Assembly (NCBI GenBank): GCA_041497895.1
Contig: JBGQHJ010000056.1
Span: forward strand, 1 to 28,255
Length of the DNA stretch: 28,255 nt
From: Candidatus Methylomirabilia bacterium
Lineage (GTDB): Bacteria; Methylomirabilota; Methylomirabilia; Rokubacteriales; CSP1-6
Direction of reading: 5' to 3'
Shown: positions 8,940 through 17,559 of the stretch, piece by piece
Position numbering within the stretch: position 1 is the stretch's first letter
How the letters are laid out: every line of letters begins with the position of its first letter
The notes under the pieces: model-generated
Database searches by the model: none
Seen by the model: the letters and a program-made list of their open reading frames with translations, nothing else
What the model was told of the DNA's origin: nothing
Program-made: the position numbers and the translations under genes

Positions 8940-10202
8940 ATGGCTCGGATCGCGACGAGGTTGCGCGCGCGCCCGCGAGTGTGGACGCTGGCCATCCTCG
9001 TGTGCGCGGTTGCCTGCGCGTCCCCCGCGCCGCCGACGCGGGAGGTGCCGGCCGCTCGCGAGGAGCCCGGGCCCCGCTTCGCGGCCGGCGGCCCCGAGGC
9101 GGACGAGCTGGGCGCGGCGGCGGGCTACCCGACCGGCGACCGCACCACGTTCTACGACGTGGGGTCCGCGGTCGGCTCGCACAGCCGCATGGACGAGATC
9201 TTCCCGAGCCGTCTCGTCCACAAGGCGCCGCAGCCCTCGCGCCTCGCGCGGGTCGCCGAGCCGCGCATCCCGGCGCTGGACGACTACCTGGCGCGGTCCC
9301 TGACGACCGGGCTGCTGATCGCGCGGGGCGATACCATCCTCGTCGAGCGGTACCAGTACGGCCGCTCGGACCGGCACCGATTCACGTCGTGGTCGATGGC
9401 CAAGACCGTGACCGCGATGCTGGTCGGCATCGCGATCGCCGAGGGCCACATCCGCTCGGTCGACGACCAGGCGGCGGCCTACGTGCCCGAGCTGGCCGGC
9501 ACGGAATACGGGCGCACGTCGCTCCGCCACCTGCTGCAGATGTCGTCGGGGGTGCGCTTCCGGGAGGACTACAGCGGCAACGACGACAGCATCACGCTGG
9601 TGATGAACACGTATCTCCTGCGCGGGCTCGGCGGCCCCAGCGCGGTGACGTCGTTCAACGAGCGCGCGGCCCCGGCCGGGACCAGGTTCTACTACTCATC
9701 GGCCGAGAGCCAGGTGTTGGGGCTGGTGCTGCGGGGGGCCACCGGCCGCCCGCCCGCCGAGTATCTCCAGTCGAGGATCTGGCAGCCGATCGGCGCCGAG
9801 GCCGACGCGACGTGGCTCGTCGACAACTCGGGGCAGGAGGCCACGTTCTGCTGTCTCAACGCGGTGCTGCGCGACTACGCGCGCCTCGGGCTGCTGATGG
9901 CCCACGACGGCAACTGGCGCGGCCGGCAGCTCATCCCGGCGGCGTGGGTCATGGACATGACGAGCATGCGCCCGGGTCAGCCGCGCCCGGCGTCCTTCGG
10001 CTACGGGTACCAGACGTGGATCCTTCCCGGCGAGCGCCAAATGTTCATGTTCTGGGGGGTGCGCGGGCAGCGGATCTACGTCGACCCGCGGAGCAAGCTC
10101 GTCATGGTGAACACCTCCGTCCACAAGAAGTCCGTCGATGGCGCCGCGCTGCGGGACATGCACGCGCTCTGGCTGGCGCTGGTGCGTCAGCTCGGCGGCT
10201 GA
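8940..10202 (+). CDS. Serine hydrolase, beta-lactamase class C / NylB-like family, probable lipoprotein
   Basis: SxxK (SMAK), LRHLLQMSSG, FYYSS, LRDYARLG and YGYQTW motifs. N-terminal hydrophobic stretch with lipobox-like AVAC. Confidence 0.88.
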   Translation: MARIATRLRARPRVWTLAILVCAVACASPAPPTREVPAAREEPGPRFAAGGPEADELGAAAGYPTGDRTTFYDVGSAVGSHSRMDEIFPSRLVHKAPQPSRLARVAEPRIPALDDYLARSLTTGLLIARGDTILVERYQYGRSDRHRFTSWSMAKTVTAMLVGIAIAEGHIRSVDDQAAAYVPELAGTEYGRTSLRHLLQMSSGVRFREDYSGNDDSITLVMNTYLLRGLGGPSAVTSFNERAAPAGTRFYYSSAESQVLGLVLRGATGRPPAEYLQSRIWQPIGAEADATWLVDNSGQEATFCCLNAVLRDYARLGLLMAHDGNWRGRQLIPAAWVMDMTSMRPGQPRPASFGYGYQTWILPGERQMFMFWGVRGQRIYVDPRSKLVMVNTSVHKKSVDGAALRDMHALWLALVRQLGG

Positions 10203-10579
10203 GCCTGCGCCGCGCGGTACGCGCGCCAGCCGCCCCACCGGGTGATCTCCGGCTGGCCCTCGCAGAGCGCCGGCTCGGCGAGGACGCCGAGCGTCTCCTC
10301 GCCGTCGGCCAGCCGCACCTTGCCGACGCAGAGCCCGGGCGGCTCCTGCAGCAGGATCCGGGCGAGGCCGGCGGGGGGCACGTCCCACACCTCCACCGCG
10401 ACGGCGGCCCCGCCCTCGCGGACGCGGATCATCGCCGGATGGCGGTCGCCGATCGACCACAGGCGGTACTCCGGCACGGTGGTCGTCTCGCGAACGAAGC
10501 GCGCGCCGGCGGCGAGCAGGTTGCCGTTGAGCTCGAGGCCGCGCATCAGGGTGCCATTGACGGCCAGGGGAATGTTCAC
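10187..10579 (-). CDS. Stand-alone allophanate hydrolase C-terminal-domain-like protein (gamma-glutamylcyclotransferase fold)
   Basis: LAVNGTLMRGLELN, T-PEYRLWSI, VAVEVWDV, GKVRLADG and EITRWGGWRAY follow the AtzF/urea-amidolyase C-domain pattern. GTG start overlaps the TGA of the upstream gene (GTGA). Confidence 0.8.
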   Translation of the reverse strand: MNIPLAVNGTLMRGLELNGNLLAAGARFVRETTTVPEYRLWSIGDRHPAMIRVREGGAAVAVEVWDVPPAGLARILLQEPPGLCVGKVRLADGEETLGVLAEPALCEGQPEITRWGGWRAYRAAQAQPPS

Positions 10580-11988
10580 CGCGCCGCCCCCGACGTGGGG
10601 CGGGCCGCCGCGAGCGCGCGCACCGCGGCCTCGAAGCAGGCCCAGGGCGGGTTGACGAGCCCCGCCCCGATCTGGCCGATGCCGGGCCGGCGGTGGGCGA
10701 TGCCGGTGTTGATCTGGGGGAGGATTCCCGTCTGGACGACCAGGCGCGCATCGATGCCGGTGGGCGTGCCGCGGAAGTCGAGGGCGGGGATCCGGTAGGC
10801 CGCGCTCTCGGCGAGGGTGATCTCGTACATGAGCTGAGTGTAGCGGAGCGCGTCGGCCGGCGCGCCGCCCACGAACTGCACGATGGCGGGGGCGGCGGCC
10901 ATGGCGAAGCCCCCGAGCCCCGCGGTCTCGGTGATCGCGCTGTCGCCGATGTCCGGATTGGCGTCGTCCGGGCCGAAGCCGGAGAAGTAGAGGCCCACCG
11001 GAGTCCCCGCGGGCCCGGTGAGCCAGCGGTCGCCGAGTCCGCTCACGCGGATGCCGAAGTCGGTGCCGTTACGCGCCATGGCGGTGACGAGGCTCGAGCC
11101 CGGCACGCCGTGCGCGGCGTCGCCCGCGGTCTTGGCCGCCGCCATGGCCACGTTGAGGAAGAAGTGCTCGTTGCCTCCCGCGAAGGCCAGGATGCGTCGC
11201 CGCTCGGCTCCGGGCAGGGCGCCGCCGGCGATGGCGGGGGCGAGGGCCTTGACGAGGAGGGCGGAGGCCGCGCGGTTGCGGTTGTGGCACTCGTCGCCCA
11301 TCTGGACGGCCTGGGCGATGAGGGCGCGCACGTCGATCCCGCCCGTCTCGCGGATCGCGGCGGCGAGGGCGGGCCCCAGCGTGTCCCGGAACCAGTGCAG
11401 GCGATCGAGCACCTCGGGAGAGAAGGCGCCGTAGCGGAGCACCTTGCCGAGCCCCTCGTTGAGGGTGGAGCAGGCCCGGTGGCCGTGGGCGCGATCCTCG
11501 ACGACGAGGACGGGCATGGAGGCCGTCGTGACGCCGGCCATCGGCCCGACCGCGCCGTGGTGATGGCAGGGCGCGAAATCGACGCCGCCGGAGGCCGCGA
11601 GGCGCTCCGCCTCCTCCGGCGTCCCCGCGCGGCCCTCGTAGAGGAGCGCGCCGATCACCGCTCCCCGCAGGGGACCGCTCATTCGCGCCCACTCGATGGG
11701 GGGGCCGGCGTGCAGGACGAGATCGCGCCGCATGCCGGGCAGCGCCTCGATGGCGGGCCGCACGTCGACCAGCACCGGCTGGGCGGCGAGCAGGCGCTCG
11801 ACCGCCCCGCGGTTGGCGGCGTCCACGTCGTCCCGCCAGAGCGCCTCGAGCTCCGCGCCGAGCCGGGGCGGCTCCCACGCCACGCGCGCGACGCGGGCAC
11901 CCTGGGCGGCCACCGCGTCGGCGAAGAGGGCGGGGCCGACGGCGGCGACCACCGGCTCGGCATCGAGGAGGTCGCGTGCCGGCGCCAT
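10576..11988 (-). CDS. DUF1116 (YlbE/YahG, AllG-like oxamate carbamoyltransferase subunit) with a short N-terminal FdrA-tail-like segment
   Basis: ATG at 11988 overlaps the stop of the fdrA-like gene (TGATG). Motifs LHAGPP, PCHHHGAVGPMAG, NEGLGKVLRYGA, MGDECHNRN, TAMARNGTDFGIR, DIGDSAITET, PTGID and INTGIAH...GQIGAG. Confidence 0.9.
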   Translation of the reverse strand: MAPARDLLDAEPVVAAVGPALFADAVAAQGARVARVAWEPPRLGAELEALWRDDVDAANRGAVERLLAAQPVLVDVRPAIEALPGMRRDLVLHAGPPIEWARMSGPLRGAVIGALLYEGRAGTPEEAERLAASGGVDFAPCHHHGAVGPMAGVTTASMPVLVVEDRAHGHRACSTLNEGLGKVLRYGAFSPEVLDRLHWFRDTLGPALAAAIRETGGIDVRALIAQAVQMGDECHNRNRAASALLVKALAPAIAGGALPGAERRRILAFAGGNEHFFLNVAMAAAKTAGDAAHGVPGSSLVTAMARNGTDFGIRVSGLGDRWLTGPAGTPVGLYFSGFGPDDANPDIGDSAITETAGLGGFAMAAAPAIVQFVGGAPADALRYTQLMYEITLAESAAYRIPALDFRGTPTGIDARLVVQTGILPQINTGIAHRRPGIGQIGAGLVNPPWACFEAAVRALAAARPTSGAAR

Positions 11989-13430
11989 CAGTCGCCGCGG
12001 GCGAGGGCGAGCGCGGTCCGTGCCGCGAGGCGGTTGCTGGCGCAGACGATCACGTCGAGCCCGCGCAGCGCGTCCACCTGGGCGGCGAGCCCCTGGGGAT
12101 CGTCCTCCGTGCCGACGACGTGGGCCACGACGGCGAGGTGACGGCCGTGCCGCGCGGCACGGGCCCGCGCCTCGCGGATGGCCGCGCCCGCCGCGGACGC
12201 CGGGTCGGGATGCGCGCACGAGCCGAGGACGAGGTCGAGCAGGAGCACGCCCACGCCGGCGTCGTCGCCCGTGCGGGTCAGCGCCGCGGACCGGAGCGCG
12301 GGGTCGATCATCGGGTGCGGGCGGCCCCGCGTGTACTCCTCGGCCCCGAAGTCCACGAAGGAATGGGCCGCCGCGCCCACCACGCGCCGGGCCTCGTCGC
12401 AGAGCGTGCCGCCGGTGAAGAGCCCGAGCACCGGGCCCCACGGTCGGCCTCGCGGCTCGAGCTTCGGCGGATCGAGCGCCGGGGGCGCCAGGCCGAGCGC
12501 CTCGACCGCGGCGACGGCGGCCTCCTCGAGGCTCTCCACCATGCGCACGCCGGCGGGCGCCTCACCGCGCCAGCCGAGCAGGCAGGCGATGACGGGCTTG
12601 CCGGCCGCGCCGGCGGCGGCCAGCACCTCGCGGGCCACCCCGTCGGCGGCGGGCTTGGAGACCAGGACCAGCACGCGCGTGGCCGCGTCGCCGGCCAGGA
12701 GCTCGATGGCCTGCAGCGTCGTGATGCCGCCGACCTCGGCGTGGAGGTCCCGGCCGCCGGTCCCGATGGCGTGCGAGACGCCGCCGCCGAGCCGATGGAT
12801 CAGGCTCGTCACCTCCTGGAGCCCGGTGCCGGAGGCGCCGACGAGGCCGACGCCGCCGCGGCGCACGCGATTGGCGAAGCCGAGGCCGACGCCGTTGATG
12901 ATGCTCGTGCCACACTCGGGCCCCATCACGAGGAGGCCCCGCGCCCGGGCGCGCAGCTTGAGCGCGCGCTCCGCGCCGACGGGCACGCCGTCGCTGAACA
13001 GGAACACGTGGAGGCCCGCCGAGAGCGCCTGCTGGGCCTCGGCCACCGCGTGCTCGCCCGGCACGCCGATCACCGCGAGGTTGGCGCCCGCGGTCCGGCG
13101 GGCCGCGCTCACGAGCGAGCGCGGCGGCGCCTCCGCGTGGGCGGGAGCGCCGGCGGCCGGGCGCGCGAGGAGGGCCTCGGCCCGAGCGAGCGCGGCGCGC
13201 CCGCTCGCGACGTCGTCGGCGCGCACCGCGAGCACGATGTCCTCGGCGGCGGCGCCCTCGGCTTCCGACGGGAGGAGATCCGCCTCGGCGAGGGTGGCGA
13301 GGTTCGCGGGCGTCGCCATGAGCAGGGCCGCGGTGGCGATGCCCGGCAGGCGGCGCAGCTCCTCGGCGATCTGCATCAGGGCGATGGAGTCCGCGTAGGC
13401 GCCCCGGCGCAGCAGTCCCATCACGTGCAC
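11988..13430 (-). CDS. fdrA: FdrA/AllF-like protein (succinyl-CoA synthetase alpha-like acyl-CoA synthetase fold)
   Basis: GAYADSIALM, MATPAN, VFLFSD, LVMGPECGT, GASGTGLQE, HAIGTGGRDL, GLFTGGTL and TRGRPHPMIDP (phospho-His region). Start chosen at GTG 13430 because GAGAGGAG lies 10 nt upstream. Confidence 0.88.
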   Translation of the reverse strand: MHVMGLLRRGAYADSIALMQIAEELRRLPGIATAALLMATPANLATLAEADLLPSEAEGAAAEDIVLAVRADDVASGRAALARAEALLARPAAGAPAHAEAPPRSLVSAARRTAGANLAVIGVPGEHAVAEAQQALSAGLHVFLFSDGVPVGAERALKLRARARGLLVMGPECGTSIINGVGLGFANRVRRGGVGLVGASGTGLQEVTSLIHRLGGGVSHAIGTGGRDLHAEVGGITTLQAIELLAGDAATRVLVLVSKPAADGVAREVLAAAGAAGKPVIACLLGWRGEAPAGVRMVESLEEAAVAAVEALGLAPPALDPPKLEPRGRPWGPVLGLFTGGTLCDEARRVVGAAAHSFVDFGAEEYTRGRPHPMIDPALRSAALTRTGDDAGVGVLLLDLVLGSCAHPDPASAAGAAIREARARAARHGRHLAVVAHVVGTEDDPQGLAAQVDALRGLDVIVCASNRLAARTALALARGD

Positions 13431-13471
13431 GGCAGCTCGGCTCCTCTCGACGGCGGCAAGGTGGCGGCCCG

Positions 13472-13502
13472 AGTATAAGGGAGCCGCGCCGCTCCGGATC
13501 AA
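13472..13502 (-). promoter_or_regulatory. Possible sigma70-type promoter for the fdrA-like operon
   Basis: The minus strand reads TTGATC-N19-TATACT about 40 nt upstream of the GTG start. The -10 is good but the spacer is long. Confidence 0.35.
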
Positions 13503-13533
13503 CCGAGCCGGGCGGTGGGCTCATCCGCCCCTG

Positions 13534-13580
13534 CGCTCAAGAGTTGGGCAGGCGAGCCGCTTGTGCTCAAGAACCAGGCA
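13534..13580. promoter_or_regulatory. Two tandem NtrC-like enhancer boxes (TGC-N11-GCA)
   Basis: CGCTCAAGAGTTGGGCA (13534-13550) and TGCTCAAGAACCAGGCA (13564-13580). They form a direct repeat GCTCAAGA-N5-GGCAGGC with a 30-bp period, upstream of a sigma54 motif. Confidence 0.62.
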
Positions 13581-13655
13581 GGCTAACGTGGCCCGGCTCG
13601 TGGGCGGACCCCCCCGGATCCATTTCGGAACGCGCGCTTGGCGCGCGGGCGGGCC

Positions 13656-13673
13656 TTGGTGCGGGGCTTGCGT
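13656..13673 (+). promoter_or_regulatory. Sigma54 (-24/-12) promoter of the BMP-biuH-trtA operon
   Basis: TTGGTGCGGGGCTTGCGT has GG (13658-59)-N10-GC (13670-71), matching TGGCACG-N4-TTGC. It lies about 60 nt before ATG 13730 (RBS AAGGAG at 13717-22). Confidence 0.68.
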
Positions 13674-13729
13674 AGGACGCCACGGGTCGCTTCCTCGGCA
13701 ACGCACTCTCTCTCCCAAGGAGCACGGAC

Positions 13730-14857
13730 ATGCTCGACATGACAGGACAAGGGAGCCGCCGCGAGGCCCTGAAGACGCTCGGGATCGCCGGCGCCGTCGG
13801 GGCCCTGGGGCTCTTGCGGCCGCGCCCCGCGCGCGCCGCGGACAAGCTCGTCATCGGGGTCATCTACGTGGGCCCGCGCGACGACTACGGCTACAACCAG
13901 GCCCAGGCGCAGGCCGCCGCCGCGATCAAGAAGCTGCCGGGCGTGACGGTGGTCGAGCAGGAGAAGGTGCCGGAGACCACGGACGTGCAGAAGACCATGG
14001 CCTCCATGATCGAGCAGGACGGCGCGACGCTGCTGTTCCCCACCTCGTTCGGCTACTTCGATCCGCACATCCTCCGCATGGCGGAGCGATACCCCAAGGT
14101 TCGCTTCGCCCACTGCGGCGGGCTCTGGACCGAGGGCAAGCACCCGAAGAACGTCGGGAGCTACTTCGGCTACATCGACGAGTGCCAGTACCTGAACGGG
14201 GTCGCGGCCGGGCACACGAGCAAGACGAAGAAGCTCGGGTTCATCGCGGCCAAGCCGATCCCGCAGGTGCTGCGGAACATCAACGCCTTCACGCTGGGCG
14301 CGCGGAGCGTGGACCCGAAGATCACCACCCAGCTGATCATCACCGGTGACTGGTCGCTGCCGGTCAAGGAAGCGGAGGCCGCCCAGAGCCTCATCGACCA
14401 GGGCGTGGACGTCCTCACGTGCCACGTCGACAGCCCCAAGGTGATCGTGGAGACGGCCGAGCGCCGCGGCGTCTTCGTCTGCGGCTACCACGCCAACCAG
14501 GCGACGCTGGCTCCCAAGGGTTACCTGACCGGGGCGGAGTGGAACTGGCTCACGCCCTACACCACGCACGTGAAGGGCGCCCAGGCGGGCACGCCGATGG
14601 TCAACTTCCTGCGCGGCGGCCTCAAGGAGGGCTTCGTGAAGACCTCCGCCTATGGCCGCGCGGTCTCCGAGGCGGCGCGGAAGAACGCGGACGGCGTGAA
14701 GGCCCGCATGATGAAGGGGGACTTCGTCATCTTCAAGGGGCCGCTCAAGGACAATACCGGCAAGACCGCGATCGACGCCGGCGTCGCCCAGCCGCAGACC
14801 GACGTGGTGCTCGAGCAGATGAACTATCTCGTCGAGGGAGTGATCGGCAAGGTGTGA
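13730..14857 (+). CDS. BMP-family ABC transporter substrate-binding protein, Tat-exported
   Basis: Twin-arginine signal SRREALK...ARA. Motifs IYVGPRDDYGYNQA, PTSFGY, KLGFIAAKPIPQV, NAFTLGA and GAEWNW. Confidence 0.9.
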   Translation: MLDMTGQGSRREALKTLGIAGAVGALGLLRPRPARAADKLVIGVIYVGPRDDYGYNQAQAQAAAAIKKLPGVTVVEQEKVPETTDVQKTMASMIEQDGATLLFPTSFGYFDPHILRMAERYPKVRFAHCGGLWTEGKHPKNVGSYFGYIDECQYLNGVAAGHTSKTKKLGFIAAKPIPQVLRNINAFTLGARSVDPKITTQLIITGDWSLPVKEAEAAQSLIDQGVDVLTCHVDSPKVIVETAERRGVFVCGYHANQATLAPKGYLTGAEWNWLTPYTTHVKGAQAGTPMVNFLRGGLKEGFVKTSAYGRAVSEAARKNADGVKARMMKGDFVIFKGPLKDNTGKTAIDAGVAQPQTDVVLEQMNYLVEGVIGKV

Positions 14858-15903
14858 ACCGGCACGCGCTTCGGGCGGCGGCGGAAGCCGTCGCCCTCCC
14901 GGTCGGCGCCCTCGTGGGGGCCATGGTGCTGTTCGGCCTCTTCGTCGCGGCGCTGAACCAGAACCCGTTCGAGGTGTACGCGCTGATCTACCGGGGGGCC
15001 TTCGCCTCCGCGTTCTCCTGGCAGAACACGCTCGCCCGGGCCGCGCCCCTCGTCCTCACCGCGCTCTGCGTGGCCCTGCCCGCCCAGGCCGGGCTCATGG
15101 TGATCGGGGGGGAGGGCGCGCTCGTGCTCGGGGGCCTGGCCGCGGCGGTCATCGGCCATCTCCTCGCCGGCGTGGCGCCCCTCGGCGTGGAGGTCGCGAT
15201 GGCGGTGGGCGCCATGGCGATCGGCGCGGCCTGGATCGGCCTCGCCGGGGCCCTGCGCCACTACCGCGGCGTCAACGAGACGATCTCGAGCCTGCTCCTG
15301 ACCTACATCGCCATCGCGGTGTTCAACCACCTGGTCGAGGGGCCGCTCCGCGATCCCGCCAGCCTCAACAAGCCGTCCACCCTGCCCATCGGCGAGGCGA
15401 ACATGCTCGGGCACCTGCCCGGGCTCGACGTCCACTGGGGGCTCGGCTTCGGGGTGATCTTCTGCTTCGCGATGTACCTGCTGGTGGATCGGACCACGGT
15501 GGGTTTCGCCCTGCGCGTCGTGGGCGGCAACGGGCGCGCGGCCCGGCTGGCGGGGCTGCCGGTGGGCGGCCTCGTGCTCGCCGCCTGCGGGCTCGGCGGC
15601 GCGGCGGCGGGCCTGGCCGGGATGGTCGAGGTGGCCGCCGTGCACGGCACCGCGAACGCCTCGCTCATCGCCGGCTACGGCTACGGGGGCATCCTCATCG
15701 CGTTCATCGCCCGCCAGCAGCCGCTGGCGATCGTGCCGGTGGCGGTGCTCGTCGGCGGCATCTCGGCGAGCGGGGGCATGCTCCAGCGCCGGCTCGACCT
15801 GCCCGACGCCACCGTCCTCGTGCTCCAGGGGGTGGCCTTCATGGTCATCCTCGCGAGCGAGGCGCTCTACGGCCGCCTGAAGATCTTCCGGCCGGCGGCC
15901 TGA
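14854..15903 (+). CDS. ABC transporter permease 1 (CUT2/nucleoside-type)
   Basis: GTG overlaps the upstream TGA. Polytopic hydrophobic protein with IGGEG, GVNETISSLLL, AGLAG..EV and GYGYGGILIA. Confidence 0.9.
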   Translation: MNRHALRAAAEAVALPVGALVGAMVLFGLFVAALNQNPFEVYALIYRGAFASAFSWQNTLARAAPLVLTALCVALPAQAGLMVIGGEGALVLGGLAAAVIGHLLAGVAPLGVEVAMAVGAMAIGAAWIGLAGALRHYRGVNETISSLLLTYIAIAVFNHLVEGPLRDPASLNKPSTLPIGEANMLGHLPGLDVHWGLGFGVIFCFAMYLLVDRTTVGFALRVVGGNGRAARLAGLPVGGLVLAACGLGGAAAGLAGMVEVAAVHGTANASLIAGYGYGGILIAFIARQQPLAIVPVAVLVGGISASGGMLQRRLDLPDATVLVLQGVAFMVILASEALYGRLKIFRPAA

Positions 15904-15906
15904 GCG

Positions 15907-16827
15907 ATGACCGGGATCGGCTGGTGGGGCGTGCCGCTCGCGGTGCTCGCGGGCGCGATCCGCCTGAGCACGCCGTTCCTGTTCGTGAGCCTCGGCGAGT
16001 GCATCACCGAGAAGAGCGGGCGCATCAACCTCGGGCTCGAGGGCATCCTCGTGATGGGGGCGATGGTCGGTTACGCGGTGTCGTACCGAACCGGGGACCC
16101 GTGGGTCGGGGTGTGCGCCGCGGGCGGCGCCGGCTGCGCGCTCGGGCTCATGCACGGGCTCGTGTGCAGCCTGCCCCGGGTGAACGACATCGCGGTGGGG
16201 ATCGGGCTCATGCTGCTCGGCACCGGCCTCGCCTTCTTCCTCGGCAAGCCGTACGTGCAGCCGGAGGCGTCGATGCTGCCGTCGCTCCCCCTGGGCGCGT
16301 GGAGCGCGTCCCCCCAGGTGCGGACCGCGCTCGGCGTGAACCCGCTCTTCGTCGCCGGGCTCGCGCTGGCCCTCGGGCTCGGGTGGGCCTTCCGCAACAC
16401 GCGCTGGGGCCTCGTGACCCGCATGGTCGGCGACAGCTCGGACGCTGCGCGCGCCATGGGCTACCGGGTGCCCGCGGTGCGGACGCTCGCCACCGCCCTC
16501 GGCGGCTTCCTCGCCGGCGTGGGCGGCTCGTCCCTGTCGTTGTACTATCCCGGCAGCTGGACGGAGGGCCTGTCGAGCGGGCAGGGATTGATGGCGGTGG
16601 CGCTGGTCATCTTCGCGCGCTGGGATCCCCTCCGCTGCTTCTACGCCGCGCTCCTGTTCGGCGGCGCGAGCGCGCTGGGCCCGGCGCTCCAGTCGATCGG
16701 GATCAGCGGCGGCTACTATCTGTTCAACGCCGCCCCGTACGTGGTGACGCTCGGGATCATGATCGCGACGTGCTCGCCGCGGCGGACCCTCGCGGGCGCC
16801 CCCGGCGAGCTGAGCATCAACCGCTAG
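15907..16827 (+). CDS. ABC transporter permease 2 (CUT2/nucleoside-type)
   Basis: TPFLFVSLGE, EKSGRINLGLEG, TRWGL, GQGLMAVALVIFARW and PYVVTL. Confidence 0.92.
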   Translation: MTGIGWWGVPLAVLAGAIRLSTPFLFVSLGECITEKSGRINLGLEGILVMGAMVGYAVSYRTGDPWVGVCAAGGAGCALGLMHGLVCSLPRVNDIAVGIGLMLLGTGLAFFLGKPYVQPEASMLPSLPLGAWSASPQVRTALGVNPLFVAGLALALGLGWAFRNTRWGLVTRMVGDSSDAARAMGYRVPAVRTLATALGGFLAGVGGSSLSLYYPGSWTEGLSSGQGLMAVALVIFARWDPLRCFYAALLFGGASALGPALQSIGISGGYYLFNAAPYVVTLGIMIATCSPRRTLAGAPGELSINR

Positions 16828-16866
16828 CGCGCCCCGGGCGCAGCAGGGCGCAGCGAGGTGACGACG

Positions 16867-17559
16867 ATGGCGCAGCGTTTCGTGGTGGCCGACCCGTATC
16901 CGTGGCCGTACGACGGCGACCTCCGTCCGGCCAACACCGCCCTCCTGGTCATCGACATGCAGACCGACTTCTGCGGCGTCGGCGGCTACGTCGACGTGAT
17001 GGGGTACGATCTCGCGCTCACGCGCGCGCCCATCAAGCCGATCCAGGCCGTGCTCGAGGCGGCGCGCGCGGCGGGCTTCCACGTGATCCACACCCGCGAG
17101 GGGCATCGGCCGGACCTGTCCGACCTGCCCGCCAACAAGCGCTGGCGGTCCCGCCGCATCGGCGCCGGCATCGGCGACCCCGGTCCCTGCGGCCGCATCC
17201 TCGTCCGCGGGGAGCCCGGGTGGGAGATCATTCCCGAGCTGGCGCCCGCCCCGGGGGAGGCGGTGATCGACAAGCCGGGCAAGGGCTCGTTCTGCGCCAC
17301 CGACCTCGAGCTGATCCTCCGCACGCGCGGCATCACGAACCTCGTGCTCACCGGCATCACCACCGACGTGTGCGTGCACACGACCATGCGCGAGGCCAAC
17401 GACCGCGGCTTCGAGTGCCTGCTCCTCGAGGACTGCACGGGGGCCACCGACGCGGGCAATCACCGCGCCGCGGTCAAGATGGTCACGATGCAGGGCGGCG
17501 TGTTCGGCGCGGTGGCCCGCTCCGAGGCCTTGCTCGCCGCCCTCGAGGAGCGCGCGTGA
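16867..17559 (+). CDS. biuH: Biuret hydrolase (isochorismatase-like cysteine hydrolase)
   Basis: Triad D (IDMQ), K (DKPGKG), C (TTDVC). BiuH-type sequence [31 protein letters not shown] and MQGGVFG; the Gln here differs from the Glu of guanylurea hydrolase. ATG follows a GAGGTG RBS; alternative start GTG 16858. Confidence 0.9.
   Translation: MAQRFVVADPYPWPYDGDLRPANTALLVIDMQTDFCGVGGYVDVMGYDLALTRAPIKPIQAVLEAARAAGFHVIHTREGHRPDLSDLPANKRWRSRRIGAGIGDPGPCGRILVRGEPGWEIIPELAPAPGEAVIDKPGKGSFCATDLELILRTRGITNLVLTGITTDVCVHTTMREANDRGFECLLLEDCTGATDAGNHRAAVKMVTMQGGVFGAVARSEALLAALEERA

Noticed and set aside
8940..10202. Antibiotic-resistance beta-lactamase call
   Set aside because: The motifs fit the broad NylB/esterase-like serine hydrolase group and lack a KTG triad. 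Nothing supports true beta-lactamase activity.
11989..12441. N-terminal extension of the 621-aa DUF1116 ORF
   Set aside because: It overlaps the fdrA-like coding region out of frame. ATG 11988 with TGATG coupling is the credible start.
10576..13430. Interpretation as an ordinary allantoin-degradation (allFGHK) operon
   Set aside because: No allantoinase, allantoate amidohydrolase, ureidoglycolate dehydrogenase, allH or carbamate kinase is present in the window, and the neighbours are biuH/trtA. It cannot be fully excluded if those genes lie elsewhere.
13534..13583. Direct repeat GCTCAAGA-N5-GGCAGGC as a mini-CRISPR or insertion scar
   Set aside because: There are only two short copies, with no spacer structure and no cas or transposase genes. 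They fit transcription-factor boxes.
13431..13729. Possible riboswitch (e.g. guanidine or purine class) ahead of the BMP transporter
   Set aside because: I could not recognise conserved aptamer motifs or a terminator. The region is better explained by enhancer boxes plus a sigma54 promoter with a leader of only about 47 nt. An Rfam/Infernal scan would settle it.
15924..17555. Apparent 1056-aa fusion ORF ending in the ABC ATPase
   Set aside because: The N-terminal 544 codons overlap the permease and biuH in another frame and are low-complexity. The real start is GTG 17556, coupled to the biuH stop.
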